A stretch of 63,966 nucleotides of DNA, filler included, from Reticulomyxa filosa (lineage: Eukaryota > Protista > Foraminifera), in the NCBI GenBank assembly GCA_000512085.1. It is 17 parts of 17 records of this genome, joined end to end, with 100 filler letters (N's around TTAATTAATTAA, not from the genome) between each part and the next. Parts side by side here need not be neighbours in the genome. Positions count along the whole stretch, not along the records: positions 48,057 to 50,700 come from ASPP01024800.1; positions 50,801 to 52,482 come from ASPP01024806.1; positions 52,583 to 57,661 come from ASPP01001845.1; positions 57,762 to 62,425 come from ASPP01021276.1; positions 62,526 to 63,966 come from ASPP01020261.1; 12 more parts are not named here. The stretch is one strand, 5' to 3'. Positions 50,451-63,963 of this stretch are shown here, piece after piece. Each line of letters begins with the position of its first letter. The first letter of the stretch is position 1. Below the pieces are notes generated by a model, which was given only the letters and a program-made list of their open reading frames with translations, made no database searches and was not told where the DNA came from. Made by a program: the position numbers and the translations under genes.

Positions 50451-52953
50451 CATACGTATTTACATTACATCTGCACAAATATGCTTTTTTTTTTTTTTTA
50501 TAACATTGGGAGGGAGATGGAGGTAGACATAGTTTATGCAACACAGCTATGACAATGTCAACAATGTTTATTTATTTATTTATGTGTGTGTGTAACACAA
50601 TCTCACTCTCTTTTTTTTTTTTGTATTTGTCAATGTATTATTTTACATTACTGTTGCATCTTTTTTTTTTTATTGATTTCTCCTCTCCTCCTCCTCCTTT
50701 NNNNNNNNNNNNNNNNNNNNNNNNNNNNNNNNNNNNNNNNNNNNTTAATTAATTAANNNNNNNNNNNNNNNNNNNNNNNNNNNNNNNNNNNNNNNNNNNN
50801 GATTGCCATCTCTCTTCCTCCTTTTCATCGCAGTGTTCACATGAAACTTTGATCAATGTGTTGAAACATTGTATGTCACTCCAAATAAATTGGTTTTGAA
50901 AAGTTTGGAGTGTATTTAAATATATGTGTGTTTCGTCCGTATTCCTGATTATGCCTTGTTTATTTGTTGGTGAAAAAGTAGATAGACACGAGTACCTCTC
51001 AAAAATATATTGACCACTGGGAAGAATTGACTATGTATAAATACGAAGAAATAGTGGTAGTGAATAAATATCAGGAACAATAACAAGTATCAAGACAATG
51101 CATTGACATTAGTCTGCACATGAATGTATTTAATTTCACAACGACACCCAAATTAATCCATCATATGGATCGTCAAGCGAGCTGATTAATGGTGTTTGGT
51201 AAATTTTTAACTACTATCAAAGAATCTCTCTCATGCGTAGGGAGTATCTTGTTCTCTGTCATAGCCCCTTCACATTACCAACAAATATTGGTGGTGATGA
51301 GTTCGATGAATTGCTCATTGAATTAGGCCAATATCGGTCAGTTGTGTGTAATTTTTTTTTTTTATACATTTCTTCATTGTGATTATACACAACACTAAAA
51401 TCTGTTAACATCAATAATATGGGGAAAAAAAAAGGTTTGTAAAAAATTAAGAAATAATGCGATGGCTTCCGAATTATGGATCAAGTGCTTATTCTGATCT
51501 CAAGAGTCTCAAGAACAAAAAAATATCATGTAGTAGCAAGAAGAAAAGAAATCGGCTTAACGAAAATTAGATTGTTTTAAAAAATTGGTTGAGCCCTCAT
51601 GCACCACTTGACACAACTGTGGAGTTGGAATGCTTTAATCTTGCTCAAATCAACAAAAACTATTGGCATGAAAGATAGAAAAACAAAAACACAATAAAAA
51701 CTGAGCAAGGAAGACGATAATGATTATTATTATTGACAATATGTTTCAAGTTTTTTTAAGGCTGAAAAATTTTGAAATATGTCAATTATCATTGCAACAA
51801 AGCCTTTGAAGAAAATGAAAAAAAAAGTCAATTGTCACAACATGGAGGAAACACACATGATTAATTGTGACATGGAGGTATCAAGAATATATCAAATACG
51901 TTTGCAATCACCGTGCTTGGGTTGTGAGTGTATTACGAAAAACACAACATAAGATAATTTAGATGTTTTGATGTATTATTGTTATGTGAGACGAATATAA
52001 ATTAGCAGTCATCATTAAATGTTGAGAATTCAATTCCAACAACGTTACCAGTGTCAATTAAATTGATGAAATTTGTATTTACTTTCGATATCCAAAATTA
52101 ATGATTTTATCATGTAATGAACAACAAATGACATTACAAATATCATTGTCATCATTATTGGTATCTTTTGTTTTACTATTGATATTTTCACAATCTTCTT
52201 TTTTGAAGTCCTTGTTAATTTTCGTAGCCAAAGAACTTGCACTTCCAATCACTAATATTTCTGCCATTTTTGTTCTTATTGGCTTAATTGGATTCAGACT
52301 CTACTTTTTCTTTATCTTCTTCTTGTTCATAACAAACAAATAAATGTATTTGAGAAATGACGTGTGCGTGCGTTGTAGTGCGGCTTCAATGATTGATATA
52401 TTAGGTTTCTTCAACAACAATTCGACTATGATGTTACCACTTTTGCTTTCATTATGCAACTATCGATATTGCTGTGGTTGCTNNNNNNNNNNNNNNNNNN
52501 NNNNNNNNNNNNNNNNNNNNNNNNNNTTAATTAATTAANNNNNNNNNNNNNNNNNNNNNNNNNNNNNNNNNNNNNNNNNNNNTGTTGCACAAAAATTGTC
52601 AATTTATTTACAAGTAAACGTTTTGTGAAGAAAAGTTTGATGTTTGTTGCAAAGTTTTTTTTTAGGCGAGTGTGTTTAAATGCAATAGCATCTAGAAAAT
52701 ATCAAACTTGAGTTTATATTTGCAAACAGAATCTTTAATGAGGACAAGTAAACAAATAGTACCCTTTTTAAAAAAAAATCAAAATAGATGATTTTTTATT
52801 CTAAATGAAATTTGATAGTGTTATAAATTAAAGGACATGTTAAAAATATCCTCTTGAACAAAAAGCCTGTTTGCAATGACAAGCATTTTGAATGTGTACA
52901 ATTTCTTAAGTTATATTTTATTTACAATTAATCTAAAACATGGTTTTTTAATG

Positions 52954-54932
52954 TTATTTCCATGGCAAAAGTTTTATTTTTTGCCGCAATTGTTTGTAAG
53001 AAGGTTCAACATTATTTTTAGATGGTAAACTCCATATTGACTCACTTTCATCTCGATCAGAATTTTTCTCTGTATCATTGTTGCATTCAATAATTTGTTG
53101 AACAGACAATGATTTGGCACGATTTTCAAAATTATTGCTAATATTCTGTCCCAATATATATTTTTTTTCATTTTCAACAAAGTTTTTTTGAGATTTGCAA
53201 TCTGAAGACTCTGGCGACAAGTTCTCACAAGACTTTAGAAAGTGGGAAGGGTTTGCCCCTTTGCAAACATGAATGCATTCACCATTCTATCGCATGATTC
53301 CAAAAAAAGACAAAAACATGTTATTTGCATTTCTCTTAATTTTTTTTTTATTAAGTTGTATACAAACAATAACTTTGATGAACGCGTAGGTCGGGATTGG
53401 GCAGCAAAATCCTTTAAATTTTTCAAGTCCTTTCAGTTCCTTAGTGAAACTTTGTGACAACAAATCTGGTACTGTGTTACTGCTCTGATTTTTAAAAAAA
53501 TTCATTATATATACAAATGGATCTAATTATGTTTATTAGAAAATATTATGCATTTAAAAGAAAAGTACTCTTTTTGTTGAGTCTTTAAAGATCTTTGTGG
53601 AATGATGGATGGCCTCTTCGAGGTCAGCAATGTTGACCTATCAAACCAACGCATGAAAACAGCGTTTTAAAATGTGTTTTACTTATTGTATGCGTATGCA
53701 CATACCCTGACAAATACGAGCTGCTGTTGACCTTTTTTTTCATTGATCTTATTCACAATTTCACGTACATATGGCTCCATAATTTCACAAACGCCAAAAT
53801 ATTTACTGAATATTTCGACAACTGCAAAATTTTTTCCCACCCACATAGAGATAGAGTGACTCCGTTTTTTCTTAAACAAACAAACAAACTTAATAAATGA
53901 GAATTTGACATTTCATGATATTTTTGCCATTGTGTAGGCTGTGTAATGACAGTCTCATTATCATTTCTATGTTTCGGTTCATTTTCAAGGCAAGCAGGGG
54001 CTGTTTCCTCCAACAATCCATATTTTTTGTGATAATAGTAATTTCGACTAGAAGTTTTGCTACTGATTTCCGAGGAGAGCCCGTTAGAGGTTTCTTCAGA
54101 CTTCAAATCATCTTTGGAGTTGCTGTCGATACCCTCTATCAATCCGTATTCAATTCTGTCAATCAGTGAGACTCTACGTTGCTCCTCACTATTTCTACGT
54201 CGCAGTGGCTCCACATTTATCGACGTTTTTCGTACCAATGGAGAGCCTGTCGGCAGTCGGCTTGCATGTTGGCCGCTGTTGTCGTTTTCGTCATCTGTTA
54301 GAAACAGGTCTTCCCCTGTGGACAAAAATGCATTGCTATTCAGATATTGGAGTCGGTATGCATCCTCAGACATCCTTGTAGAAACAGTGTCTAGTGTTTC
54401 CTTTCCTTGCACATCATTGTCACATGTCGGCGCGATGTTTGTCTTTGTCATCGAAAAAGGTGACTGAACCGAAATCAATTTTTGACTTTGCGAAGACGGT
54501 GGAGATACAAAGACTACCACCTTTTCGTCACTGCCTTCGAATTTTGTTACCACTGGCGCATTACTTGGATACTTACTCACACTTACTCGTTTCCCATTAT
54601 GTTTGCGGTGGTGTGGCAGTGCCATTTTTGTATTCGCCCTCCTCATTGTTTTTCGTAATGCTTGATGCTCCACATCGTCACAAAAAATTTGACGAAAGTT
54701 TGGTAATGCAATTTTTTTTTTGTTCTCGTTTGTTGTGTTTGCATTTGTATTTATTGAATTATTTTCCAATGTCAAGCTATAGCTTCGTCCTTTATTATTA
54801 TTTTTATTTATTTTTCTTTTATACTGTTGTCCTTTTGTTGCCTGAAGATATGTGTGAACCTAAAACGTCAGGAGTAGAGGGCAGTGTTGCCTCTTTTTGT
54901 TCTTGAATTATTTTTTCCCAACTCATGGACAT
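52954..54932 (-). CDS. Hypothetical multi-exon protein
   Basis: ATG 54932 (MSMSWEKII), a 340-aa ORF, and downstream ORF pieces separated by GT..AG segments to TAA 52954. No family recognised and the exon linkage is tentative. Confidence 0.5.
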
Positions 54933-55552
54933 TGCAGAAGTATATTTATGTGTGTACTAGTATAATAAAATAGCTAATATGGGCTGAAGTTTGTTCGTGT
55001 GTTGTGAATGTCTCATCATTTTAGGTAAAAATGCGTCATATATTCAGTGTTCGGTGTTGGACAAAGCTACTGACAGTTCTAAATAAGTGTTGATATTTAA
55101 TTGTTTTTTAAAAATGATTAATTTATTACGCTGTTAAACTTAGTTTACTATTAGGTTTAAGACTCTTAATCTTGACAAAAATGTCGAAAGGGTGCTTAAT
55201 GTTTTCCGAAAGTTTTTTTTTGCAGGAGAAAAAGTTGATTTTGGTTTGTTATTTTTATAATCTTGTTGTAAAGCAATGAAAAAACGTTTGAAATTCGAAT
55301 TTGTGGCTTGTCGCAAACTGATTTTTAAAAATTTTTTAAAAGGACTTAACACACAAACCATTTCCAAGAAATGTTTCAACTTTCCATTTAGCAATTGAGA
55401 AGATTGATGAACGACGTGAAAAAAAAAAATGGCAAGAGTTGTATAGGATGGTACATAAAAAAAAGAAAATTTTGTGTTGATGATTACTAAAAGCCTTGCT
55501 GAATCACAAACAACCACAAGAGGCAATAAGCGAAGGAAAAGTGAAGCAAAGA

Positions 55553-56648
55553 CTACGACGACATTGAGACCTCCTTGTGAGGTCGTGCATAGAGTACCTT
55601 GTTGCACCACTCAACAGTGATGATGGTGCACCCTTGAGCAATGGGCTGTCTGGTCATAGTAACCCAAAAGCCACGATACAAAGCAGCCCAGCCGTTCTTG
55701 TTGACAAAGAGTTTGAGATTGGCAAGAGGCCTAGAAGTGGGAGGATTTTTCGGGGTTTCAGCAAAGTTGGTTTGGATCTGCGATTTGACACAGTCGGCCG
55801 GCAGTCCAACAAGCCAAGAAGCAATCCCACAAAGCGAGCCCGCGATGAACGGTTGAAGGAAAGTGGAATCGTGGTAATCGGGCAATTTTTTCCGGCAAAT
55901 GTCCCACACGCCAAAATAAGTGCTCGACATTGTCACATCCCTGGCAATGCAAGTTGCATAACCACGATACAAACCTAAATGTGTTCAAATCAAGTCGGGT
56001 CCTGAACAAAGGGGGGGAGGGGGGAGGGGTACGTATTTAGAGAAAAACAGATTTTTTTTTTTTTTGGATATATTCGATTACCCAATCATCCTCTTATCCA
56101 TCATAGATCATTTTTATAGTGTTTTTTTTTTTTTTTTTAAAATAAATACCTACTATCCCCAATTCCTTGTACACTACTTGAAATGCTTGTGCACTGCTGA
56201 GATGGTATCTTTGGGCGTAACACTTGACCAATTCAATCGGTGATACCAATGTCGCCCAAGCCAAACCTGCAAAGCCTCCTGCGCTCACCACCGCCCATGA
56301 CTCATTCGAATGCAGTAACTTTAGTCCCAATAAGTAACAGTACAAATTGGCGCTCCACACCATTGGCATACCCAACAAAGGGGGCAGGATACCACGGAAT
56401 AGGTTATGGTATATTTGGTTTGTTGACGCCGTTTGCTGCCGTACTTTCACTTTCTTTTTTTTTTTTGTTTTGTTTTGTTCTTGTTTTTGCTTTTGTTTTC
56501 GTTTCGTCAAGTAGTGCTTGCCAAAGGAGGAAAGAAAACCTTATACTCAACGTGTGTCGAACGGATAAGTGACTAATGTGCTTACAACGCCACCTATCGC
56601 ACCCAAGACAATGGGCTTCCATCCTGAATCTTCATAAGAAAAAACCAT
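55553..56648 (-). CDS. Mitochondrial carrier (SLC25), carnitine/ornithine-carrier-like
   Basis: Three signature motifs: YPFDTLKVRQQ (across intron 56450-56551), SPIELVKCYAQ and LPADCVKSQIQ; also GLYRG, ARD and LYRGF. ATG at 56648. Confidence 0.92.
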
Positions 56649-56893
56649 TTTTTTGTGATGCGATTATTTCTTATTATGATTTGGGGACACAACAAAACTG
56701 CACGATCGAAAGATAACTTTTTGAAACAGTTTCTGATTGGTAGTCAAAAATTTTTGTTTAAATATCGAAAGTGTGCGATTTCTACCTATTTAAATTTATT
56801 AAATATTATCCTCGCCACAGAGAAAAGCAAAGAAACTTAAGAATTGGGGGGGAAAAAGTGTCCCTTTCCTAAAAGTTCTGAGGATTGACAGAA

Positions 56894-57761
56894 ATGTCGA
56901 CCAATACATCTCAAGACCTATCAAAAGCTTCCCCGCAAGCAAAGCATCAATTGATTTTGGAAAATCTCAAAGTTCTAAACAAGACAGCCGAAGTGTTTCA
57001 ACTTCGTTTGTCTCCAGGGGAGCTCTTGAATGAAAAAGTGTTAAAATCCACTCCTGCATTTTGGTACATGGTATGCAACACAAAACCATCCACGTCTCCC
57101 ACAGATGTGGGCAATCTTTTTTATTTTTCATCCAAACGGAGCGAATATGTATATTTAAAAGGTGATTGAAAAAGCCAAGCCAAGCCAAGCTTAAAAAAAA
57201 AAAAATAAAAAAAAATACGCAATATATGTATACATACATATAAAAAACAATTAAGAAATTCGGATGGACTCGCAAAGATATAGAAACACTATTTTACAAC
57301 GTGCAAATTTATGTTGACCCGGTGTTCGAGCGTTGAGTCTCTTACAACGAGTCTTTCTCTTTTATTGTATCGGAAGAGAGCAATACAAATACAAACAACA
57401 CAGAGGCATGTAACAAGGTATTTGGGAGTGGTTATACTGGACGTTTAGTATTCTATTATTACACATATACATATATAAACATATATATATGTGTATATAT
57501 GTATATGTATATATTTATTTATATGTTTATATGTGCATTATAAAAAAAAACAAAACCTTAGCTCGATTCCTGCCTCCAGACAAGCAAAAAGAAAAGCAAG
57601 CAAAGTGGGAAACCAGAAGCATTAAAAAAAGTTTTGATGAGAAAGTAGGGGGGGGGGGGGGNNNNNNNNNNNNNNNNNNNNNNNNNNNNNNNNNNNNNNN
57701 NNNNNTTAATTAATTAANNNNNNNNNNNNNNNNNNNNNNNNNNNNNNNNNNNNNNNNNNNN

Positions 57762-57792
<31 letters not shown>

Positions 57793-59389
57793 AGAGAGAG
57801 AGAGAAAGAAAGAAGAAAGAGTTGCAATTCTATTCATTTTTGCTTACTCAAGGTAATCAAAGGCTCCAAGTATCCGCAGGTGATCATGATGGTTGGGTCG
57901 CCTAATTGTGCCAAAAACATCTTCTGCGATATGCTGCTGACACTGAACCGCCAACAGCGTAATAACGAGCAATACATTGTGGAATGGACTTTGATTGATG
58001 TGGAGGATGCGACTTTGAATCCCCAACATGCCTTAACGCGATGGATGCAGCACAAGAATTCCTACCAACAGTATCGTCCTTCCTTACTTTTGAATGGCTC
58101 CAATTTGGACTGCCAAACTCGAAAAAAGTGGCTCCAGCTTCTTCAAAATCCTAAAAAAGCCACCTGTGTGATTGTCAATTTTTCATTGGACGATGAACTG
58201 GATGAGTTTTGTCATATTATATATCATATTTGCAAAGAAGAGGAAAAAGATAGGAAATTTATTGTTGCAATTGGTTTGAACAGAACAGAGACAAACCACA
58301 AAGTGAGACCTCGTGCCAAAAAATTAGAGCCTGTCAGCTCAGAGGAAATATTTACAAACGCTGTGCAAGTGCAAGATATTCAGGTAATGATGAGCTTTTT
58401 GGAGGAAAGTTTGGGGTGCGACTATGCTTTGATACGACATTTTTTGCCAACACAATACTTCAAATTTCCGCGGACAAGACATTTGTGGGACACGGGCGCT
58501 GCGACTAGAGATGACATCTTAATTTCCAAAGAGGGTGTGTGTGTATGATCATGCATGCTATGTTTGTTCGCATGCACGCCTCTGAACTTTTATGTATACG
58601 TATGTGGTGTATGTGGTGTATGTGGTGGGAAATTGTAACTACAGAGCAAAAATTATTTTTTGGACCAACGGCTTTAGAGGTAATTGTCACAGAAAAAGTG
58701 GACGGCGCAAATTTGGGGATATCTCTGGGAAAAAACTATGAGATTGAGTGCTTCCATAGAGGACAGGCAATTACTCATGTGACTAGTATCGAGTACTCGA
58801 AATTGAAATATTTTTTAGAAGAAAAGCAGAAATTTCTGTGTCAAATATTGGAACCTCAACGACATGTCCTATGCGGAGAATGGTGGTTCGTTAGTTTGTC
58901 TGTCTCTTTGTACTTGATCCATTATTTTTTGCTGTGGCTTAAATTTAAGCCTTTTATTGTCCACAGCCAAATTTTTTTTTTTTGTGCATGGGGTACGGGA
59001 TGAGTAGCCAAGTCAAACATTCCATCGAATACGATGCCTTGCCAGCATGGCTTTTAGTATTTGATATTTACGACAAGTACACCCAAACATTTATGTCACG
59101 AAGTAAATTGGAAGAGGTATGCAGAGACAAGTTTGAAATGACTCCTATTATCACACGAAAAGTTTTTCAAGATAAACAAGAATTAGAAGAGTTGCTAAAC
59201 AATACCATGTCCACTTATCGCAAAAAAACGCCTCATCCAATTGAGGGACTATATTTGAAGATTGATGATGATAGCAAAGGTATCAACTTGCACCGTTGCA
59301 AATTGGTTCGGAGCGAATTTGTTCAAAATATCACCGAACATTGGATGCATAAAAAAACTGTGTTTAATCAGCTTTGCCCTAAGTTCTAG
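56894..59389 (+). CDS. Multidomain protein: unknown N-domain + degenerate AAA_33/PNK-like P-loop domain + Rnl2-like ATP-dependent RNA ligase
   Basis: Ligase motifs FKFPRTRHL..ATRDD, I TEKVDGANLG, III LCGEW, KHSIEY, IIIa VFDIYD, IV EGLYLK and V CKLVRSEF. Kinase-like IMMVGSPNCAKN and LLNGSNLD...RKKWL. Introns 58535-58644 and 58886-59007 restore the frame. Exon phases match across the spacer (GAG AAA|gtaggg ... tcaag|GTA ATC). Confidence 0.85.
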
Positions 59390-59698
59390 TCCTTCGATTT
59401 TTTGTTTGTTTTCGAGCTCAAATTGAGTAGCATCTCGTTTGAAATTGAACAAACAATTTTTTTTTGTGCAAGAAAAAAATTGAAACAATTCGTAATTCAA
59501 AATGCAAGTGATTATTTTTTGTAATTATCAAGACTTTGTGCAGCAAAAAATGAACCCCAAAGCAAGAGCCACTAGAAAAATCAATTCTTTCAATTTTTCG
59601 AAATTCTAAATTTGTCACAACTTCTTTAATTGTTTTTCCCCAGCAAATTCATAAATCAATTCCCTCATTAAAAAAAAATTGACAGTGGGGAGAGACGA

Positions 59699-61152
59699 CT
59701 ACACGTCAAAATTGAAATCATCCAAAAGTGCTTCGTCTTGTTTGACGATAACTGATTTTTGGAAATCTTCTTTTGAGCCATGTTCCCTCTCATGAGCAAT
59801 TTGTTGTTTGATCCAGTCATAAGTCTTTTTCAGCCCAACTTTTAAAGAAGTGGCAGGTGCCCAACCCAAGACTTCTTTGATCAATGTATTATCACTATTT
59901 CTGCCACGTACGCCTTCAGGGCCCTTGATATGTTTCAGTTTATTTTTTTTGCCATCGAAGGACAAGGCCATAGTTGCCAATTCGTTCATTGAGACCATTT
60001 CGTCCGATCTTGTTAATGTTTGTAGTTTATGTGTTGAATTGTTGAATCAAGAGGGAGAGAAAAAAAAGAAGAGAATATGGTTTGTATATTATTTGAGTTG
60101 CAAGGAGCAAGGAAGGACAAAAGCAAAATGCGATTCTTACCCAATATTGACAGGCTTGTCATAATCAGAATTCATTAAGCGAATGATCCCTTCCACACAA
60201 TCGTCAATGAAACAAAAAGAGCGAGTTTGTTTTCCATCTCCCCAAATTTCAATTTCTTCTTTTTCATCCACGGCCGCAGCTTTGCGACAAAATGCGGCTG
60301 GGGCTTTTTCTCGTCCTCCTCGCCAAGTGCCGTGTGGGCCATAGATGTTATGAAATCTTGCAATTCGAGTGACGATGTCAAAGTCTCTGCCATAAATCAT
60401 TGCCATTTCTTCCGCGTATAATTTCTCCAGCCCATACGTGTCCTGGGGCCAGGCCGGCCATGCATCACTTTCTTTCAACCCGGGGTTATCTACTTCCTAT
60501 GTTGCAAAAAAAAAAAAACACATCACCAACTTCAAAAAAAAAAAGTTTGGGGATGTCCCCTTTTTTGTTTGTTTGTTCACGTGTATTCATAAAAAAAAAA
60601 ATGCATTTTTGTAAATTGTGAATGGAATTTAACCAATTGTTTTTTTTCATTGTAGCAACAAGCAGAGCCGGAAAAGAAATAGCGTTTGACTTTGTTTCTT
60701 CGGGACGCTTCCAACATATTTGCGGATATCATTGTATTGTTGAACAACAGCACCGATTCATTGGATTGAATAAAACCCATTCCTCCCATGTCTGCTGCCA
60801 AGTTGAATACTTCATCACAATCTTTGGTCACTTTTAAGCAATTCTGAGTATCGTGTTTATGTCACGTTTTTTGATTTTATTTTTTTTTAGGCTCATCCCT
60901 CTCCTTCTTCACCCTTCCGAAACGAATGCACAAAAAAATAAAAATAAAATAAATTGTATTCGCAACTTTCAACGATCTTAAATCTAGTTGGTGAAACTCG
61001 TTGCAAAATTCTTCTTTTTTCCAAAACTCATTTTGTTTTCGGTCAGCTACTATCACATAATAGCCGTATTGCTCTTTCAACCGCTTTGCTAAGTGGGATC
61101 CAATGAACCCTGCTCCACCACCTACGCAAATGCGTTTTTTCCGCTCGGCCAT
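59699..61152 (-). CDS. GME: GDP-mannose 3',5'-epimerase
   Basis: Close match to plant GME motifs: GGAGFIGSH, FNLAADMGGMGFIQSN, SACCY, LKESDAWPA.PQD.YGLEK, RFHNIYGP.GTW.GGREKAPAAFCRK, WGDG.QTRSF, SDEMVSMNE and GPEGVRGRNSDNTLI. Three GT-AG introns. Confidence 0.96.
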
Positions 61153-61801
61153 TGAATACTTGTTATTCTTTTAGAAAGATGCACAATATGATTCAATTCG
61201 ATTCAAATCTGATCCAAACTATTAATAAGAATGTTAAGTTCGCAAAGGGACAGCTAGTTTTACGCGCTTTTGCACTTCCTTCTGTTTTCTCCCCTTTCCT
61301 CTTCTCGCTGGGGGTTATCTGCGAGCACCAATTGTATTTAAAATACACACAAAAAAGAGCATGTAATTTTTTCAGCAAATCTTTTGTGACTTAATCTATA
61401 CTAACTTTTCAAAAATAAAGTACAAATAAGATAATTTTTCAATTTGATCAGCGACTAATTAAAAAACAGTTCATACATGTATGGGATGAAAGTGTTTGTG
61501 CAAAAAAAATTCAAGAACAGTCGAGACAGTTGTCGATGCCAATGTAATGTTATAATAAGACAAGATGTTCCTTGCAGAGAAATTAGATTGATAAAACGAA
61601 CAACAAGCGAAACATATAATGTTTCGTGTAAACGATGTGTTGTTTTTGTTTTTTTTTTTATATGATAAATAAAACGGAATCGGAAAAAAGTTGATATTTG
61701 GGCCTGAGAAGTATTATAAGCAAATGCGCACAAAAAAAAAAAAAAAAAAAAAAAAGTAAAAGAAAGAATTTTTGTTGCACATTTGAGTAACAAAATGTTC
61801 A

Positions 61802-62372
61802 TCAGATGTCATCATCTTCATTGTTAGACGTCAAATCAATCAGAGATGCGCTGAACGTGGAAGCAATAGATGGTGGATGATCAGTATCGTCGACAAGTCT
61901 GGGGCGTAGAATTTCGAAATCCAATTTCATTTCGGGAAAAATTTCTTGAACCTCGCTATCTTCCAAAAAACAAACAATCTCTTCGTTTCTCATTTCCTGT
62001 AGGTTTCGTCTGCGAGGATTTCGTTCCTCGGAGTTGGTGACGACGGCGTTGTTCAAACTGGTCACAGTCACCGGTGTGGGTTCTGTCCGATTGCCATTAG
62101 TAGTGACATGATTGTCAAGTCGAGAGTCTATACGTTCCTCAGTTTTTTTTTCGTCCTCGGCAAGCCCCTGCCATCTTTCATTGTCATTATCATTATCATT
62201 TTCATTATCATTTTCATTGTCGTCATTGCCATTGTCATTTTCGCTAGTATTTGCATTTTCATTTTTATCTTGATCATCAGGTTCGCTTTGAAGTTGAACT
62301 GGATTTTCATCTGTGCCGCTTACGCCATCATCATTGCTCTCATTAGTCTCGTCAATTGGATTTGTGTCATTG

Positions 62373-62425
<53 letters not shown>

Positions 62426-62866
62426 NNNNNNNNNNNNNNNNNNNNNNNNNNNNNNNNNNNNNNNNNNNNTTAATTAATTAANNNNNNNNNNNNNNNNNNN
62501 NNNNNNNNNNNNNNNNNNNNNNNNNGTCTCCTTTTTTTTTTTTTTTTTTTTTTTTTTTGAGAAAGATAAAACCAAAAAAAAAGTCTTTTCACATTTTTTT
62601 TAAACCTCTTTCGCATCTAAGGATCTATATAATTTCACAGTATCGTCCTCAGTGATGTAGTTCGACACGTCACTCCCATCCAAAAGCTCGTATTCTGCCC
62701 CGTCTTTGGTAGCAATACGCAGTATATCAAATTGATGAATATCCTGTAGTTTGGGGTGATTTTGTAACACACGAACCAACTCGAACAGCAAGGAGCGAGC
62801 CGGCAATAACTTACTCACGACCACCAAAGCTCTGACATCTTTCACACTGACTTTCAAGCGGAGCAT
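61802..62866 (-). CDS. Protein with N-terminal ubiquitin-like (beta-grasp) domain, Asn/Asp-rich linker and C-terminal SIM-like motif; spans a spacer
   Basis: MLRLKVSVKDVRALVVV...TKDGAEYELLDGSDVSNYITEDDTVKL has a beta-grasp-like pattern. The next contig continues on the same strand with poly-N/D and ends LIDLTSNNEDDDI*. Linkage across the gap is inferred. Confidence 0.55.
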
Positions 62867-63927
62867 CACGTTTGAAATGCTAATATGTGAATCTTTTATT
62901 AAAAAAAAATAACTTTTCAAAAAAACAGCACTTGTTATAGTTTATAATGTTTTACAGAGTGTTTATACCTGTCATTTTTGTGTTTGCCTTTCGATTGTAG
63001 GTATAAATGTATCAATCTGAGATCATTGATAACATAAGCATGTTATTTCACTCAAAGCAAACAAAAAAGGTCAAAAATTTCTTTTTTGTTGTGCAAGTAT
63101 TATGTAATTTGTATTTTCTGATAGTTTTTTTTATAATGATAGAAAATTAGTGCTCTCCTTGTCAGTATTAGTTGATGTTATGGTGTTTAAAGTTTGTGCA
63201 TTATTAATGTAATTTTTAAAATATTCGTATTAAACGTTAAAATTTGTAATAATTAAATATTGGAAATGTCAAATAAAAGAATAAGCACAATCTGGGAACA
63301 TATTAAGAGTGTACGACATAAAGAAGCAGACAAGGAGGGGGGATTGTGTATAATTTTTTTTTTTGAACATTTATTAAAGTGAAGCAAAAAAAGTGCCTAT
63401 GTTTCAACAATTAGCTGCTTCGTGTGCTTCGAAACGCTACACGCGGTCGTTACGAAGTTTTGCAAACCAAGTAAGCAAGAGAAAAAAAGGAACAGGAGGA
63501 TAAATAGGTGTGTGAAAGATGCAAACTAAAAAAAAGTGGGAACAAATGAAAAAACGATATTTGATTAAAAAGCATAGCAAACAGCGTGAATGCCGTTCAT
63601 TGCCAGCATTGTTCCCAAGCACAGGGACGATAAAATTGGAAAGAGCACCATTCAACAGTGTTCAAAGCAGACAAGTACACGATAAGGCGGACAACCCCAC
63701 CCTAACACAAAGCAGCAACGTATCATTTACTGACAAGCTAATACAAAAACATGGGCGCAGTGCAATCAGTGGACCACAGATATACAACCGATGGAAAGCA
63801 GTGCCGCCATTGATGTTCACATATATATGTTTAGGGGGTGTGTATTCATGGAGTTTATTCAATGGCCCTTTGACACGAGAAATTGGTGGGATTGTGTCTG
63901 TCGCGTCTGATTGGACATTAGCACAAG

Positions 63928-63963
<36 letters not shown>

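Noticed and set aside
55553-61152. Carrier + RNA ligase + GME as an operon-like or bacterial island
   Set aside because: Mixed orientations, spliceosomal introns in all three genes and unrelated functions. This is an ordinary eukaryotic neighbourhood, not contamination.
63437-63925. Coding-like minus-strand segment at the window end
   Set aside because: Probably the 3' exons of a gene starting outside the window, but frame and product could not be determined.
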